Positions 13,501-24,280 of a stretch of 64,000 nt of DNA are shown here, piece after piece (the stretch's first letter is position 1; each line of letters starts with the position of its first letter). A program made the translations under genes and the position numbers. Below the pieces are notes generated by a model. The model was not told where the DNA came from and did not search any database. It saw only the letters and a list, made by a program, of their open reading frames with translations. Source of the DNA: a candidate division FCPU426 bacterium (lineage in GTDB: Bacteria; Oederibacteriota; Muellerivitia; Muellerivitales; Muellerivitaceae); assembly GCA_963719085.1 (NCBI GenBank), contig CAVRAL010000005.1:128001-192000 (forward strand). The letters run 5' to 3'.

Positions 13501-16500
13501 GTGACGGCCGCCGTAATAGGTACTTGTTCCACGTCCGGCACAGCCGTGACACCTTGGTCGGGGTCGGTGGCCACCACGGTGAAGGTCAAAGGCGCGGAGG
13601 TGGCGGGCGTGATGTCGATTTTCCCCGCCGAATTGGCCAGCGGATAATTACCGGACCAGGGATAGGAATGAATATTACCCGGGCCCGCAGGCAAGAGTTG
13701 ATTGCTCAAAAGCGTCACGGGATTAGGCATGACATCCGCCGAGCCGGTGACGAATACGCTGACCGTCGCGGGTTTGCCCAAAGTGAAGCTGACCGTGCTG
13801 TGGTTCAAGGCCGGATCCGGCACGTTGAGGAAGAAAGTTGAATTGTCCACAGACGCCTCGGTGGCGGCGCCCAAGTAATCAAAATTATTCGCCGGAACCG
13901 ACGAGGCCGTCAGCACCGCCATCGTGGTCGTAACTGGATAGTTGAAGGAAGATTGGGTCACACCTTGGCCGCTGGTGGCTTCGGCGGTCAGGCGGACCGT
14001 GTAGTTTTGAGTCGGCACGAAGGCGCCCGTGGAATCATCCAGCCCGTTCCAAATAAAGGCTTGTGGCGGCGTGCCGCCGGCCCCCAACACAATGGGACTT
14101 CCCGAGGGATTAGACGCGTTGTTCCCCAAGAAGATATTGGGGTTTTGAATCGCGCCGTTATATTCCAAATCAAAAACAGAAGGGTCGGAAATCGAGGAAA
14201 ACACAATCACCGCGGATTGGCCGGCGGGAATGATGGTGCTTCCGTTCCAAGCCAAAGTCATGATATGCGTCGTGCTGTTGGTGGTCAGGGAATAATCGGC
14301 CGAAGCCAGGGTCGTGTAAACCAAGGCCAAGCTGTTGGGAACCACCGTTCCACCGGTATTCGCTCCGCCGGTCACGCTGCCCGTGAAGGTAGCCGGCGCC
14401 ACACCGCCGCTATTATCAAATCGAAGGTTCCAATTGGTGCCGTCAAACCAAAGATAACTCCCCGGGACGCTGATGTTCAAAGGTTCACCTTGGACCCCTG
14501 TGTCGGTCGTGTTGAGCGACAAAACTTGCCCCGTCGCGATTCCCGGCAGCGCCGAAGGATGCGCGCTGTTGCTCCCGATATTCACCAACGAGTCCTGCTG
14601 GACGCCATCGATGCTCAGGGTCAGGGTGGAACTGGTCGCCGCCATTTGCCAATCAAAACCTGAGAGCGTGGTGTCCCCCGCGGGGCGGGTGGCGGACAGG
14701 CTCACGAAAGGCGAGGATTGGTTCGCCGCGGGGAAAAGTTGGTCCACATTGGCGGCAGAACTGGGGTCTTGATTGACATTTTCTAAATTCACGGGCGTCA
14801 CATTCAAAACATCGCCGCCAGTGGCCGCGATGCTGGCGCCAAACAAATGCTGCTGACCGTCGCTTTGGAACCGAATATGCCAGCCCGCCGCGTCATACCA
14901 AAGGTAATAACCCAAGGTCGGGCTCGTCGGGATCGCCGGCTGGCCGAAGAAATTGATCGCCGTGGCGGTCACGTTGTTCTGGGTCCGGGTAAATACGCTC
15001 CGGCCCGTGGGATCCAAAACCTCAAACCGGGTGTTGGCGTTTTGGCCTATCAATCCATAGTTGAAGGTCACGGCGTTATTCGGATCGTGGGGATCCGGCG
15101 AGAAGCTCACCGAAGCGGAATTGGGCGCCGCCGGCGGATTTAAGATGACGCTGATGGGCTGGGCCGCCGTGCCGGCGACTTTGGGTTCCACCTCAGTGTA
15201 CATGGTATCCACATGGGTAACGCCTGCGGCGTCCACGTATTGGTCCTCAGCCACCAACAGGATCCACAGTGAGTTTGTGGACATCCCAGCCGTGTTCAAA
15301 TAAGCCAATGTTCCGCCCACCACCGGCTGAACGGACTCATAAGAAACCGGCGCGCTGTGATTCAGGAAGGCCGTCGGCACCTTCATTTGAGCGGTCTGCC
15401 ATCCCGCGCTTGTCAACGCGGAATCCGTCAACGACGAAAGCGAAGGTTGGTTCAATGAAGTGTAGTAATAGAGCCGGTAATCCTTGAAGGAGGTCGGCAA
15501 ATTCCAATTGGGCGCCGTAGCCGTTCCCTGGATCACGATGGTCGCTTGCGGCAGCACCTGGTTGGTGATCGGCGAGGTGATGGCCGGCGGAATCGATTGG
15601 TAGACGAAAGAAGCGACGTAGGAAGTCTGGTTGTTGGCCCAATCGGTGGCGGTAATGGAAACCGAATACTGACCCGACGGGGACCCGTTCGGCAGCGCGA
15701 TGTTGAATTGATTGGTCTGGGAAAAACTATTGGGCAGCGCCGACAGCGTGGTGACGGATCCACCGACGCTGTTGATCACGACCGCGCTAACCGTGGGCGC
15801 CGGGATTTGGGAATTGGAATTGCCCGAGTTCAACTCAGGCGCGTCGGCGTTTTCGTTTAGGTTATAAAAGACCGAAACGTTGGGACTGGCCGCCGGCACC
15901 TCGAAGGGAAGGCATTCCACCGCCGTCAAAATAGGCGGCGTGCGGTCCACCGTGAGTTGAAGTGTTGATTGTCCGGTGGCGCTGTTCCCCGCCGGGTCCA
16001 CCGCCGTCAAAGAAACGTTATAGATTCCGTCAGGAAGCGCCGAAGGCGAACCCAAGGTATATTCCAAATCGAATTGATTTCCACTCTGAACCGTCTCTTG
16101 TGGGAAGTCGAAATTGGTTCCTTGGATCGGGTCCGTGAAATGGAAGATGGCCGTGCCCCCGCTTTGCTCAATGCCGGTCGGGCCGACCGAATAGGGGTAG
16201 TTTTCAGCCAGCGTCGCCGAATTGACCACACTGGCCGAGGGCGACAGGTTTGTCGAACCCGCCAAGTGGGTCTGGGTCGGAGTGGAGATGGCCGGAACGG
16301 GCGTGAGACGGTCCAGGTAAAGGGTCATGGCCGCGCTGGCCGTATTGCCCGCCGAATCCGCGCCCGCGAGGGTGACCGCCATTTCCACCACGCTACCCGC
16401 CGGAAGATTTTGAATGACGAGGGGCGCCGTATAAGAACCCTGGCTTTCGAACGGAAGCGCCGGCGGCGTGCTGACCGAGAACCCGGCGGGCGGGGAAAAG

Positions 16501-19500
16501 TTAAAAGTCCCGGCGGCAAAAGAGATGGCCTTCACCAAGGGGCTGAGGTTATCGGTAACGCTGTAAATCGCGTCCAAAGTCACTGGGCCCGAATAGGTCG
16601 CGGGCATTCCGGAATAGGGGTTCACGTAGCCCGGTAAGACTTCTGAAACGCCGTTGGTGAAAGTCCCGTTGGACGAATAGCTTCCTGGCGCCTGGATCGT
16701 AATGGGCGAAGCAGGGCTTAACCATTGCAAGGTAGGCGGCGTATTGTCGACCATGAAGGAGTACTGAGATTGGGTGATGTTATTAATACCGGTGAAAGGC
16801 GAATAGGCCGCCACTTGGACGTCGTACATTCCCTCCGGAATCGAGGCCGTCGGGCTCAAAGTATTTCCATTGGCGTCGGTTAAAAGTTGTCGCGGATCCA
16901 CGACCAAAGATGTATCGGTTCGAAAAGCTGGTGAACCATAGGTCACTGCCAATTGGTGGAAGGCTTGAGGAGCCGAGACAATGAAATTTTGGCTGGGCGG
17001 TTGGCCATCCGGGAAAATCTTGAAACTGCTGTAAACCACAGCAACAGTATTACCAGTAGGTTCGGTTATGACCGGTATTGAAGCAACATCAATTAAATTA
17101 GAAAAACGAGACGGCGACCCATTGACAACCTCGTTGTTACTAGGGCTATTTGCCACAATATAGAAAGGCAGTGTCGACACCACGAACCGAATTCGTTGGA
17201 ATGATTCCTTCCCTGCCCAGTCGATGGTATGGAAGACAATCTCGTTTTGACCTTCGAGGAAGTTAAAGTCATTAACAAAGAAAGGTGAATTAGGATCGGC
17301 GCTGATCACGAAATAGCCAGAACTAGGATCAATCAAAACCGGCGAAAGTCCGCCCGAGGCTGTTGAAATGCTATTGGGATCCCGACCTTGGTCGCTATTC
17401 CCGGCCGTACTGGTATGGGCCGCCGGATTAGTCGAAAGCAAGTCGGTATAGGGGAAAGAATAGTTCATCGACATCTCAAAGACCTTCATTTGACCCGGGC
17501 TGTAATCGCGCAGAATTCCCCGTATTTCAACGGGCTTGCGGTTGTAAAAGACAGTATCGGGATAAAGAATCACACCCTTAGGATCCATGATCGGAACAGC
17601 GGTCGTGGCATTACCCTGGGACAAGTCAAAAGCGCTAGTCGATTGGACCGGCAAAAAAGCAGGATCGGAAGTCGCCGAGGCCGGGTCCATCAAGTAGGAA
17701 ACCGGCGCGGTATAGCTGACCGCGTAATTCGGATCATTCATCCCAAGTGAAACGGGAATCGACAAGGTTGGCGAGCTGGAAGCGCGGACCCGCAGAATCT
17801 CGATTTGCGGATTGTCAAACAGTTCCTTGGTGGGTTCATCCGGATTGGCGCCATTAGGATTCTGGAAAGCTTGGAGCTTCAGCAGATTTTTCAAATATCC
17901 CTCCGCCGTTTCGGCGAAGTTCAAGGCGGACGAAATGGGCGTGAAAATCGGAGCATAGGCTTGCCCGATGCCAGGAATATAAAGTGGCAGGGACAGGGCC
18001 TGAAGGGCCTGCGATAATTCATCCCCATTTCCCAACATAAGATTAGTCACGGCCCGGGCTGCGGCCGTCGCTTGGCGAAAGGCATCCGGGTCATTGGGAT
18101 CCTTATAAACCTGCTGGTCATTAAACATATTGACCGGTTGACGCATGGCCCCGGGCTGGGGACCGTTCAAACCGGCCAACGCGCTGAACTCGCCCACCAC
18201 CCCACTGCCGCCACTGGTTACTGGGTTCTTGGCCAAAACACCCTCAACGATATGAAGCATCTTTTCAGGATCGTTAATAGCGTCGACGGCCGAGAGAATG
18301 GAACCCAGGTTTCCGCTCTGGGCCAAACTGCCATAGGCGGATAAAAGAGTGGCGTCCACGTTCGGAAGCTCGGTTGGAATTCCGATGTTGCTCAACAAAT
18401 GATAATCAATCGCCTTGGCACCGCTTTGGAGCGCCGCTCCCGGAACCGTCTGCGCGATGCCATTGAGGAGCTCAGGCTGACTCTCGGCGAATTGGCTCCA
18501 TTGGCCGGCCAAGTTGTTGATGTCACAACGCAAATCGGCCAATTGCTTGACGAACTTCACGATCTCACCCAAGCTCATGCCCGAGCCCATGGCTCCTGTC
18601 TGGGTGGTTTGAGGGGTGGGGGCCAAAATAGCGAGGGCGGCGGACGCGACAGACTGCCCCGACGCTAAAAGCTTTTTGATTTCGTTCAACTCTTGTTCCA
18701 CCTTGGGATTCTCGCCCAAGAACGGAGCGTCCACCGACACGAAGCGGTCCACACTGGCCATCACGGTATTCAGGTCAGCGTCTACCCCGGCCAGTTGGTT
18801 ATTACGTCCCTGCGCCAAGTAGTCCTTGGCCATGACAGCGCCCGCACCACTGGAAATCATCTGAACATGCACCGCTTGTTGAACTTGCGGTGGCAAGCTG
18901 GCGATCGCATTGTTCAGCGGACCCATTTGTGTATGAATAAAACTGGATATTTGACTCAAAGGCCCTGCCAGTCCTGGAACCAAATTCGTCAAACCACCGC
19001 CGCAAGTAAAAGACCCGATCAGGCTATTAATGTCGCCCCCTCCCGGTAAAGCCGCAATCGCCTTGCTAGCCAAGTTGTTGGGGCTGATATTGCCAATACT
19101 GTTCAAGGAAGAAAGGGCGTCAACAGGATCAAAAGGAAGATCCGGTACGGTGAGGCTGAAGGAAGGCACCGAAATAGTAGCGCCGAATAAATTAATCTGG
19201 GGGAAAGAAATAGTAATGACCGCCGAAGTGGAAGAGGGTTCGTTCAGGTGCTCGACATCATCCGTTTCGATTTGGCTTACGCCTTCGGCAGTCGTGGTAT
19301 CCGGCATATCTTCAGGTTCAGTCTCATCTGAATCGGGCGTCGGCGTCGGTGCATTAATCGAAACTGAAAATGACGCCGCCAATTGATCGACTGGCGGATC
19401 CACCAAAACACTATTAGACTTTACATATACTTGAACGGTATATGTGCCGCCTGGTGCATCGTCATCGATTTCATAGTTGATATTAAATGTATTCGAATCA

Positions 19501-19760
19501 CCGGGAGCTATATTGACCGGGGACAGATCCGAAGTAACCGAATCAACCACAAACTCATCTTGTAGCTCATCAGGAACAGTTATATATATCGAAGTGTCGT
19601 CTAAGTCAGCTGTACTATCGGAACTATTATTAATCGTGAACTGAACCGAACCTGTGTCCCCGGGATTAGCCGAAATATCAGCCGCAAAACCACGGAAAGT
19701 CGCAAAAAGCGACTGAACAGCCAGAAATAAATAAAAATAAAAAAATAATCTTTTTCTCAA
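10518..19760 (-). CDS. Giant surface protein, N-terminal part (3080 aa as called): signal peptide, Ig-like domain, degenerate alpha/beta-hydrolase domain, many Ig/FlgD-like domains. Probably continuous with 2..10561 via a frameshift
   Basis: Long ORF with a TTG start and Sec-type N-terminus ([20 protein letters not shown]). Repeated D-x-A-G-N and D-x-T-P-P Ig motifs. Ends abruptly mid-domain ([19 protein letters not shown]). Confidence 0.93.
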   Translation of the reverse strand: MRKRLFFYFYLFLAVQSLFATFRGFAADISANPGDTGSVQFTINNSSDSTADLDDTSIYITVPDELQDEFVVDSVTSDLSPVNIAPGDSNTFNINYEIDDDAPGGTYTVQVYVKSNSVLVDPPVDQLAASFSVSINAPTPTPDSDETEPEDMPDTTTAEGVSQIETDDVEHLNEPSSTSAVITISFPQINLFGATISVPSFSLTVPDLPFDPVDALSSLNSIGNISPNNLASKAIAALPGGGDINSLIGSFTCGGGLTNLVPGLAGPLSQISSFIHTQMGPLNNAIASLPPQVQQAVHVQMISSGAGAVMAKDYLAQGRNNQLAGVDADLNTVMASVDRFVSVDAPFLGENPKVEQELNEIKKLLASGQSVASAALAILAPTPQTTQTGAMGSGMSLGEIVKFVKQLADLRCDINNLAGQWSQFAESQPELLNGIAQTVPGAALQSGAKAIDYHLLSNIGIPTELPNVDATLLSAYGSLAQSGNLGSILSAVDAINDPEKMLHIVEGVLAKNPVTSGGSGVVGEFSALAGLNGPQPGAMRQPVNMFNDQQVYKDPNDPDAFRQATAAARAVTNLMLGNGDELSQALQALSLPLYIPGIGQAYAPIFTPISSALNFAETAEGYLKNLLKLQAFQNPNGANPDEPTKELFDNPQIEILRVRASSSPTLSIPVSLGMNDPNYAVSYTAPVSYLMDPASATSDPAFLPVQSTSAFDLSQGNATTAVPIMDPKGVILYPDTVFYNRKPVEIRGILRDYSPGQMKVFEMSMNYSFPYTDLLSTNPAAHTSTAGNSDQGRDPNSISTASGGLSPVLIDPSSGYFVISADPNSPFFVNDFNFLEGQNEIVFHTIDWAGKESFQRIRFVVSTLPFYIVANSPSNNEVVNGSPSRFSNLIDVASIPVITEPTGNTVAVVYSSFKIFPDGQPPSQNFIVSAPQAFHQLAVTYGSPAFRTDTSLVVDPRQLLTDANGNTLSPTASIPEGMYDVQVAAYSPFTGINNITQSQYSFMVDNTPPTLQWLSPASPITIQAPGSYSSNGTFTNGVSEVLPGYVNPYSGMPATYSGPVTLDAIYSVTDNLSPLVKAISFAAGTFNFSPPAGFSVSTPPALPFESQGSYTAPLVIQNLPAGSVVEMAVTLAGADSAGNTASAAMTLYLDRLTPVPAISTPTQTHLAGSTNLSPSASVVNSATLAENYPYSVGPTGIEQSGGTAIFHFTDPIQGTNFDFPQETVQSGNQFDLEYTLGSPSALPDGIYNVSLTAVDPAGNSATGQSTLQLTVDRTPPILTAVECLPFEVPAASPNVSVFYNLNENADAPELNSGNSNSQIPAPTVSAVVINSVGGSVTTLSALPNSFSQTNQFNIALPNGSPSGQYSVSITATDWANNQTSYVASFVYQSIPPAITSPITNQVLPQATIVIQGTATAPNWNLPTSFKDYRLYYYTSLNQPSLSSLTDSALTSAGWQTAQMKVPTAFLNHSAPVSYESVQPVVGGTLAYLNTAGMSTNSLWILLVAEDQYVDAAGVTHVDTMYTEVEPKVAGTAAQPISVILNPPAAPNSASVSFSPDPHDPNNAVTFNYGLIGQNANTRFEVLDPTGRSVFTRTQNNVTATAINFFGQPAIPTSPTLGYYLWYDAAGWHIRFQSDGQQHLFGASIAATGGDVLNVTPVNLENVNQDPSSAANVDQLFPAANQSSPFVSLSATRPAGDTTLSGFDWQMAATSSTLTLSIDGVQQDSLVNIGSNSAHPSALPGIATGQVLSLNTTDTGVQGEPLNISVPGSYLWFDGTNWNLRFDNSGGVAPATFTGSVTGGANTGGTVVPNSLALVYTTLASADYSLTTNSTTHIMTLAWNGSTIIPAGQSAVIVFSSISDPSVFDLEYNGAIQNPNIFLGNNASNPSGSPIVLGAGGTPPQAFIWNGLDDSTGAFVPTQNYTVRLTAEATSGQGVTQSSFNYPVTTTMAVLTASSVPANNFDYLGAATEASVDNSTFFLNVPDPALNHSTVSFTLGKPATVSVFVTGSADVMPNPVTLLSNQLLPAGPGNIHSYPWSGNYPLANSAGKIDITPATSAPLTFTVVATDPDQGVTAVPDVEQVPITAAVTQSSGLVNANLDVTGNAIDASNGLPVASGDARFYYEIQAQGQRFDPVPVTIVLSATGKQLPVVEYPFVPYSFYVRRHFSGIEVQPVVKDSIEYGWSSHSTLGFCDNDTTSTDSFTYNNQSNGTLSNGNLVTIPEPTGSSPSYSGGLEVDDINTGSGNLSHHGTNACIGSNTFFFYVHHKIGLEPPLANGESSATAWDNVDTGYYQGKTGWGHPDSSFVTGRLNNSSYASTSPLDSTPNAGGYGHFNAETWNGNSGKIITDVNVSAVDAFSFDDWNYSLLVNRYGPWLGLLNAGLPSFNNLQKDFTGDLANKSVLSFPDRAINGVPGQAQPYLSNSSEIRTLENFIPNLDSQFAIAVTQNAASGNEAVNLGTDGTAAGALDISNSADKTGMKLTVATARRDSLAPQLQVPAGLNLQYPAVLDYPTSPAAVSEFNAAQATTATSDLANMQANQNAMLAGTGLPTSDTQVFTQVAGQTAYTTFVTQDNSVNTLSSSNPALVFDPNNPPIYVPDSVPTSITKSDGSYYGINGTAANYQTGTGAVTLVGELRYDGTQYSFSTEKTVGDLLDTENLASVHYSLKVLGNDPRLAGAQPVTNANGQVQLTLPLSSAGTTWTSAQDTILTDPVTGMLRLNPPMNITFDDHEGGVEPGVKINNPVLELDEPGNANFTYPGSRQAAVSSTSAADNYTFWETPLDDNGVTLLTTSGVPQPNPNIRIQNYQITLKYTDGSLNNAVQVVPIASPTATPFPSQPAVIPASGNQNYQADQFNLRIGSNSVANQMVSITGEADDATAGSFQYYRLYYYNGSLNLPIPVPESDRNPAAGASVSDPDWAYKAFKPVSLGGVLAWWNVAGLQGVFSITLQVVDQQNQSRYAFQTIEVGQLVKQSSFVGGAPYLLQDPYHRMTVTFPASIAATFGANGIVMAVDAMPASLLPLSQPPAVNPILPVLQVEPHMTFDPSNSANDPVINYFVRNEELQSMGIDPSNDRLAQQSPDPCF

Positions 19761-19825
19761 AATTGATCCCGATTAAATAAATTAACACTTATTCAATACA
19801 CTAGAATTTTCAATCTATTTATATT

Positions 19826-20644
19826 TCAGACTCCCAACAAGGCTTTCCTTCGTTGAGCTATAGTCATTTTCATCAATGACTGGTATTCATTTTTGTCTTT
19901 AAAAAATCTTTCAGCTTCTTTCCAGGCCGCGTCTTCGCTAAACGTCAAAAGAAAAGCAGCCGATACCGCCGCCTCAGACGCGGGTTCTGCTTCACAAACT
20001 TTGACAATTGGCTCAATGGCACTGGCATCATCCAATCTAGCCAACGAACAAATCGAAGCAAAAACAACACCATCATTCTTAGAATTCAACCCCTTTAAAA
20101 AAATAGTCAAATTATCCGGATCGTCCGTCATTCCCAAGGCAATTACATCCGCGGGATCTTCATAGTAAACTTTTCTCGCTGTAGACTTGGGCTCCAGTCC
20201 GTTTTGTTTACACCAATTCAAAAAATCTTTTGAAAACTTCCCACGCACTACCTTCACATTTGAATCGCGATCAATCAAGTTCGGGGAATCTCTATCAATC
20301 GCCTCCTCAGCAAATCCCCTCAAATAACTTTTAAAGGTTTGATCTTCATCTCCAATTTTCACAATGGCAATGGCGACCCTTTGTTTGTTCGACTTTATTG
20401 AGTTTTTATCAAAGGCGATCTTCAATTCCGGCAGGGCACTTTTGTCCTTCAACGTTTTCATTCGATCTACAATAAAAAGATCGTCGGGCCTCGAATGCAG
20501 CCCATCTATCAATTCAGGCATACTCTTTTTGCTTACCGCCTCAGCGCTTTCCTGTTCAGGACCATTCGAAGCTCCCAAACCAGCTTTTACAGCTATTATA
20601 AAAAACAAAAAACTAAAAATGGCGGCAAGTTTTTTTCCACTCAT
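19826..20644 (-). CDS. Secreted or periplasmic HEAT-repeat-like helical protein
   Basis: ATG at 20644 follows an AGGAG RBS (the track start of 20698 is too long). Signal peptide present. HEAT-like helices (SALPELK, AIAIVKIGD, SLARLDDASAIEPIVK). AT-rich. Confidence 0.8.
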   Translation of the reverse strand: MSGKKLAAIFSFLFFIIAVKAGLGASNGPEQESAEAVSKKSMPELIDGLHSRPDDLFIVDRMKTLKDKSALPELKIAFDKNSIKSNKQRVAIAIVKIGDEDQTFKSYLRGFAEEAIDRDSPNLIDRDSNVKVVRGKFSKDFLNWCKQNGLEPKSTARKVYYEDPADVIALGMTDDPDNLTIFLKGLNSKNDGVVFASICSLARLDDASAIEPIVKVCEAEPASEAAVSAAFLLTFSEDAAWKEAERFFKDKNEYQSLMKMTIAQRRKALLGV

Positions 20645-20654
20645 AATTTCACTC

Positions 20655-21545
20655 CTAAGGTATTGGCAACCCCAGCTGGGACGAACTCGACAATGCAATA
20701 AACGAGTCCGGGGGAGACTGAGGAATTTCTTTAATCAGAGAATTATTCACATAAATATAATAAGTCGGAAAAATTTGCGTGTTTGAATAAGAACCACTGT
20801 CATTGTTTATAAAAAAATTAGGCACAAATGTTCCATCGGCATTAAACTTCAAAACCGACCAAATCCAAGGAGTTGACATCTGATTAACCGTTTGATTAAT
20901 GTCTTGTCCTAAAGCGTCTATTTGCCCTTCGCAAATTTGAAAAAAACCACTTTGAGAATAAGTAAGTCCGTTTTTTCCGTTGTTCTCGCTTACATCGGGC
21001 GGAGCAGGATCAAGAATTCCGCATGGATCTGGAGTACTGCCAACCGAAACAAACGAATTCAAAATATTATCGCTATCCGGAACTATTGTTTTTCCGTCCG
21101 TCGAATCAAATTCAACTTTTAATTCATTGTAAAGTCTAAAGTCTCCATTAGCTAAAATTTCGGCAGGATTAATAAAATTTCCCGGAATTTGATTGCTAGA
21201 GTTTTTCAATAAAAAAGCGTTCGCATATTCTCGATTAGCTTCAGCCAAAGAAGTACCTTGATCTAATAATTCAGGCGTGCCGAGAATCCACGCGCTAAGC
21301 AAAGGTCCACAAGACACCTTTAGATTTAAAGCATTAACCAAAGCAGAATCGGCTCCCGACGGATATGAAATATCATCGCCATTTACAAATGCCAAGATAA
21401 TCACATCGTCAGTTGGATTAACCGTAACTGTTTGGGCAGGAATCGAAAATACTGGCAACTGATCCGCAGCCAATTCTTTGAAATCAAAAATCATCAAAGA
21501 AAAAATGATTAATGAAAATTTAATTCCCCAAAGTGAAAATTTCAT
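20655..21545 (-). CDS. Secreted hypothetical protein, 296 aa
   Basis: N-terminal signal-like peptide. AT-rich. Stop lies 10 nt before the HEAT gene start. Confidence 0.8.
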   Translation of the reverse strand: MKFSLWGIKFSLIIFSLMIFDFKELAADQLPVFSIPAQTVTVNPTDDVIILAFVNGDDISYPSGADSALVNALNLKVSCGPLLSAWILGTPELLDQGTSLAEANREYANAFLLKNSSNQIPGNFINPAEILANGDFRLYNELKVEFDSTDGKTIVPDSDNILNSFVSVGSTPDPCGILDPAPPDVSENNGKNGLTYSQSGFFQICEGQIDALGQDINQTVNQMSTPWIWSVLKFNADGTFVPNFFINNDSGSYSNTQIFPTYYIYVNNSLIKEIPQSPPDSFIALSSSSQLGLPIP

Positions 21546-21572
21546 AAAAAAATCCCCATAAACCGAATAGTT

Positions 21573-22307
21573 TTATTTAACCGAAAAAACCGAAACCGGA
21601 ATAGTTTGATCCACTTCATTCGTCGTCACATCCATGTCCGAGATGACATCAAAGTTAGTAGTGTGAGATTCCGTATGCACATGCTGAGGGTGATAAGTGT
21701 TACCGATCTTCGTATAGGTGGCATCCATGGTTAACACCTTCTTCCCCGTAGGATCCAAGCCTTCCATGTGAGTAATGGTGCTACCCGTAGGATCGATCTT
21801 GAGAGTGGCGTGATCCATGCTCTTGGGCATCTGGCCGCCGCTGAGGGTAACTTCGTAATGACCGCCCGGGGGATCCCCCGCGTCTGTTACGGCTTGGGTA
21901 CTGGAAGTGGCGAAATTGGTCACGCTATTGGACAGTACTTGGAAGGGATCAATCGGAAAGGGGGACTTGACCGGCGAATACTTCCCCGTAGTGGGATCCT
22001 GCACATAGAGATATCCATCGCCAACGGAAATCATCGCGCTTTTTTGGACGCTGTTGTCGATGATGACCTTTAAATAGCTGGGCTTCTCTTTGAACATCTC
22101 GGTAGTTTGAACAATGGTCGTAGGTCCCTCGCCGGGCTTTTGGATGATCGTGGAGCTTTTATAAATGATGTGCTGGCTGTTATTGGTGACATGGGTTCTG
22201 TTTTGAACGTTCTGGAGCAGGTCGTGGGCGCTGGGCAAGGCCCAAGCAGGCGAGGAACAGCTAACAATTAAAAAGAATAGGTTGAAGGCTTTTCGAAACT
22301 GGGCCAT
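21573..22307 (-). CDS. LolA-like outer-membrane lipoprotein-sorting/carrier protein
   Basis: Signal peptide ending AWA. LolA-fold-like motifs (FKEKPSYLKV, SVGDGYLYVQDP, ATLKIDPTG) and C-terminal IPVSVFSVK. Confidence 0.65.
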   Translation of the reverse strand: MAQFRKAFNLFFLIVSCSSPAWALPSAHDLLQNVQNRTHVTNNSQHIIYKSSTIIQKPGEGPTTIVQTTEMFKEKPSYLKVIIDNSVQKSAMISVGDGYLYVQDPTTGKYSPVKSPFPIDPFQVLSNSVTNFATSSTQAVTDAGDPPGGHYEVTLSGGQMPKSMDHATLKIDPTGSTITHMEGLDPTGKKVLTMDATYTKIGNTYHPQHVHTESHTTNFDVISDMDVTTNEVDQTIPVSVFSVK

Positions 22308-22502
22308 TGGGCTTTCCAAATAAGTGACTTAAAAATAATGCTTAATTTTTAATAAAAATTAAAACTGACCAATAAAATAACCAGCAAACGATATAGCGAT
22401 TGGCAAAACCCGTCAAGTTTTAAAAGTGTTAATAATTTAAACCGTCAAGTTTCCCGTTTCACAGCCTTCAAGATAATTCCTAACAAAACCAATCCCAAAA
22501 AC

Positions 22503-23609
22503 TTAAGACTTCCGGTTTAAAACCGGCGTCGGCGAAGGCGTCGGTGTAATAACCGGTTTGGGCCCCAAAGTAGCGGTCGCAGTCGGAATCGCGGGCCAAA
22601 TGGCTTTGAGCGGCAAGATAATCGTTCCCTCCTCTTTCGAGTCCGTCACAATTTTCAATTGACCTTCCAAACCCTTGTCGGTCGACTGTTTTAAAGCGCC
22701 GGCATCCACCCGCCATTGGATGATGAAATTGCCGACCGAATCCTTACCGAAATCATAGCGAAGCCAAGAAGGCAACCCGTCGATGCGCGCGATTTTAAAA
22801 GGATGTCCGTATATCTGGCGGATCTGGGTATTGTCCCGCCAGTCCTTCAATCGAGAGGGATCCAAAACACCTAAGTCCAAGAAAGCCGGCATGACAGTCC
22901 AAACACTTCCCACTGAAGCCATGAAGGGATAATCAAACGCGGCGCTTTTCGACTCCGTCCCAGCGATGTGGATTGTGCCGTTGTAAGAACCCGGAGCCGC
23001 GTTTTCTGGAATCGTCAATTGCACGTCATAAAGACCGGGGGTCGCCAAAGCCGTCACGGCCGCCTGGAAAGGCCCCGGCGTCACCTCGGGCGTTCCCGGT
23101 TTCCAACGAGGATATTCTTTTTGGACCAGTTTTAAGGTTCCATGTCCTTGGTGGGAATGTCCCGAAAGAACGTAACCACCTTCCAAAACGGGCGGCTGAA
23201 ACGTGTAAGGCGATTCAAGCTCGGCCGTAAACAAAAACTGTTCGGTATTGCGGCTGATACCGTGGATCTTGTCTTGGGAATAAACTTGAAACTTCACCAC
23301 AAAGTTTTTCAATCCATTCAACCCCGCGGGCGGATGATAATCGATCACCAACCAAGTGGAGGTTTTGGGCTTCAAGACCGCCTTGACGATATGCGCCGTG
23401 GTGCAGGAACAGTCAGCCTGCAGGTTCCACATGGAGAGCGTCTGGTTAGTGGGGTTGGTGAGCTTGGCTTTGATTTGGTAGGACTTACCGGACGCCACTT
23501 TACCGAATTGGTGGTACTTCGGAACCATCACGATTTGGGCTTGCGCGGTTTGCGACAATAAAAAGGCGGCGAGGAAAAACAGAGGTAGAAGTGAATTCAT
23601 TTTCCGCAT
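22503..23609 (-). CDS. DUF1573-domain secreted protein
   Basis: FGKV...LTNPTNQTLSMWNLQADCSCTTA...LKPK matches the DUF1573 pattern (CxCT). ATG at 23609 has a GGAG RBS. Signal peptide ends AQA. Confidence 0.8.
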   Translation of the reverse strand: MRKMNSLLPLFFLAAFLLSQTAQAQIVMVPKYHQFGKVASGKSYQIKAKLTNPTNQTLSMWNLQADCSCTTAHIVKAVLKPKTSTWLVIDYHPPAGLNGLKNFVVKFQVYSQDKIHGISRNTEQFLFTAELESPYTFQPPVLEGGYVLSGHSHQGHGTLKLVQKEYPRWKPGTPEVTPGPFQAAVTALATPGLYDVQLTIPENAAPGSYNGTIHIAGTESKSAAFDYPFMASVGSVWTVMPAFLDLGVLDPSRLKDWRDNTQIRQIYGHPFKIARIDGLPSWLRYDFGKDSVGNFIIQWRVDAGALKQSTDKGLEGQLKIVTDSKEEGTIILPLKAIWPAIPTATATLGPKPVITPTPSPTPVLNRKS

Positions 23610-23861
23610 AGATATAACTCCACCATAATAAAAATTCAAAAAACAGAATGAAAAACCTTTTAAATATCGAACATCTATACCAAGAGTTCCTTATTTTACG
23701 GACCCTGCGAAAGATAACAACTAAAAAAGATTCCCAACCAAGACGGGAATTTTTACTCCCCCATTAAATTTTTAAGCTTCCTCTGGACATGGGCCATAAC
23801 ATTTTGGAAAATGCGCCTGTATCGACGGATTGGGTTTTCTATATATAAGCGGAGGACAATC

Positions 23862-24278
23862 ATGAAGCCTTTTTTTGCGTTTGTATTATCCGGTGCTTTT
23901 GCCCTGGTTTTTATTCCCGCCTGGTCTCAAACAGTTTCCCCAACGCCTTCACCTACCACCCATCACCATACTGCCCCGCCCTGGCCCGACAAGCGCCCCC
24001 GTATCCGCGAGGTCAAGAAAAGGATCGGTGTGGAATATACCCGCATTTCCCAGGCGCTAAAAAAGGGAAAAATCACCAAGGCTCAGACTTTTCCACTTAA
24101 AAAGAATGTCCTCGCCGTTCATGAGAAAATGCTGGATTTTATCAGGCAAAACAAGGTCTATGGCTTGAATGCCGACCAGGAAAATCAATTGATGACAATG
24201 CTGGACCAGGCTGAGACAACCACCAATTCCACCGTGAACACGCCAGCCGCCACGCCTGGCCTCACACCCCAAAAATAA
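23862..24278 (+). CDS. Small secreted basic helical protein
   Basis: GGAGGA RBS before ATG 23862. Signal peptide ends AWS. Confidence 0.7.
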   Translation: MKPFFAFVLSGAFALVFIPAWSQTVSPTPSPTTHHHTAPPWPDKRPRIREVKKRIGVEYTRISQALKKGKITKAQTFPLKKNVLAVHEKMLDFIRQNKVYGLNADQENQLMTMLDQAETTTNSTVNTPAATPGLTPQK

Positions 24279-24280
24279 CC

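Noticed and set aside
3020..19565. Many 60-350 aa alternative-frame ORFs overlapping the giant gene
   Set aside because: Typical GC-rich shadow ORFs with no recognisable motifs, fully overlapping a coherent long CDS.
1..21560. Diversity-generating retroelement or invertible cassette as the source of variation in the giant gene
   Set aside because: No reverse transcriptase or recombinase is in the window, and I saw no TR/VR-like nucleotide repeat pair. This was a by-eye check only.
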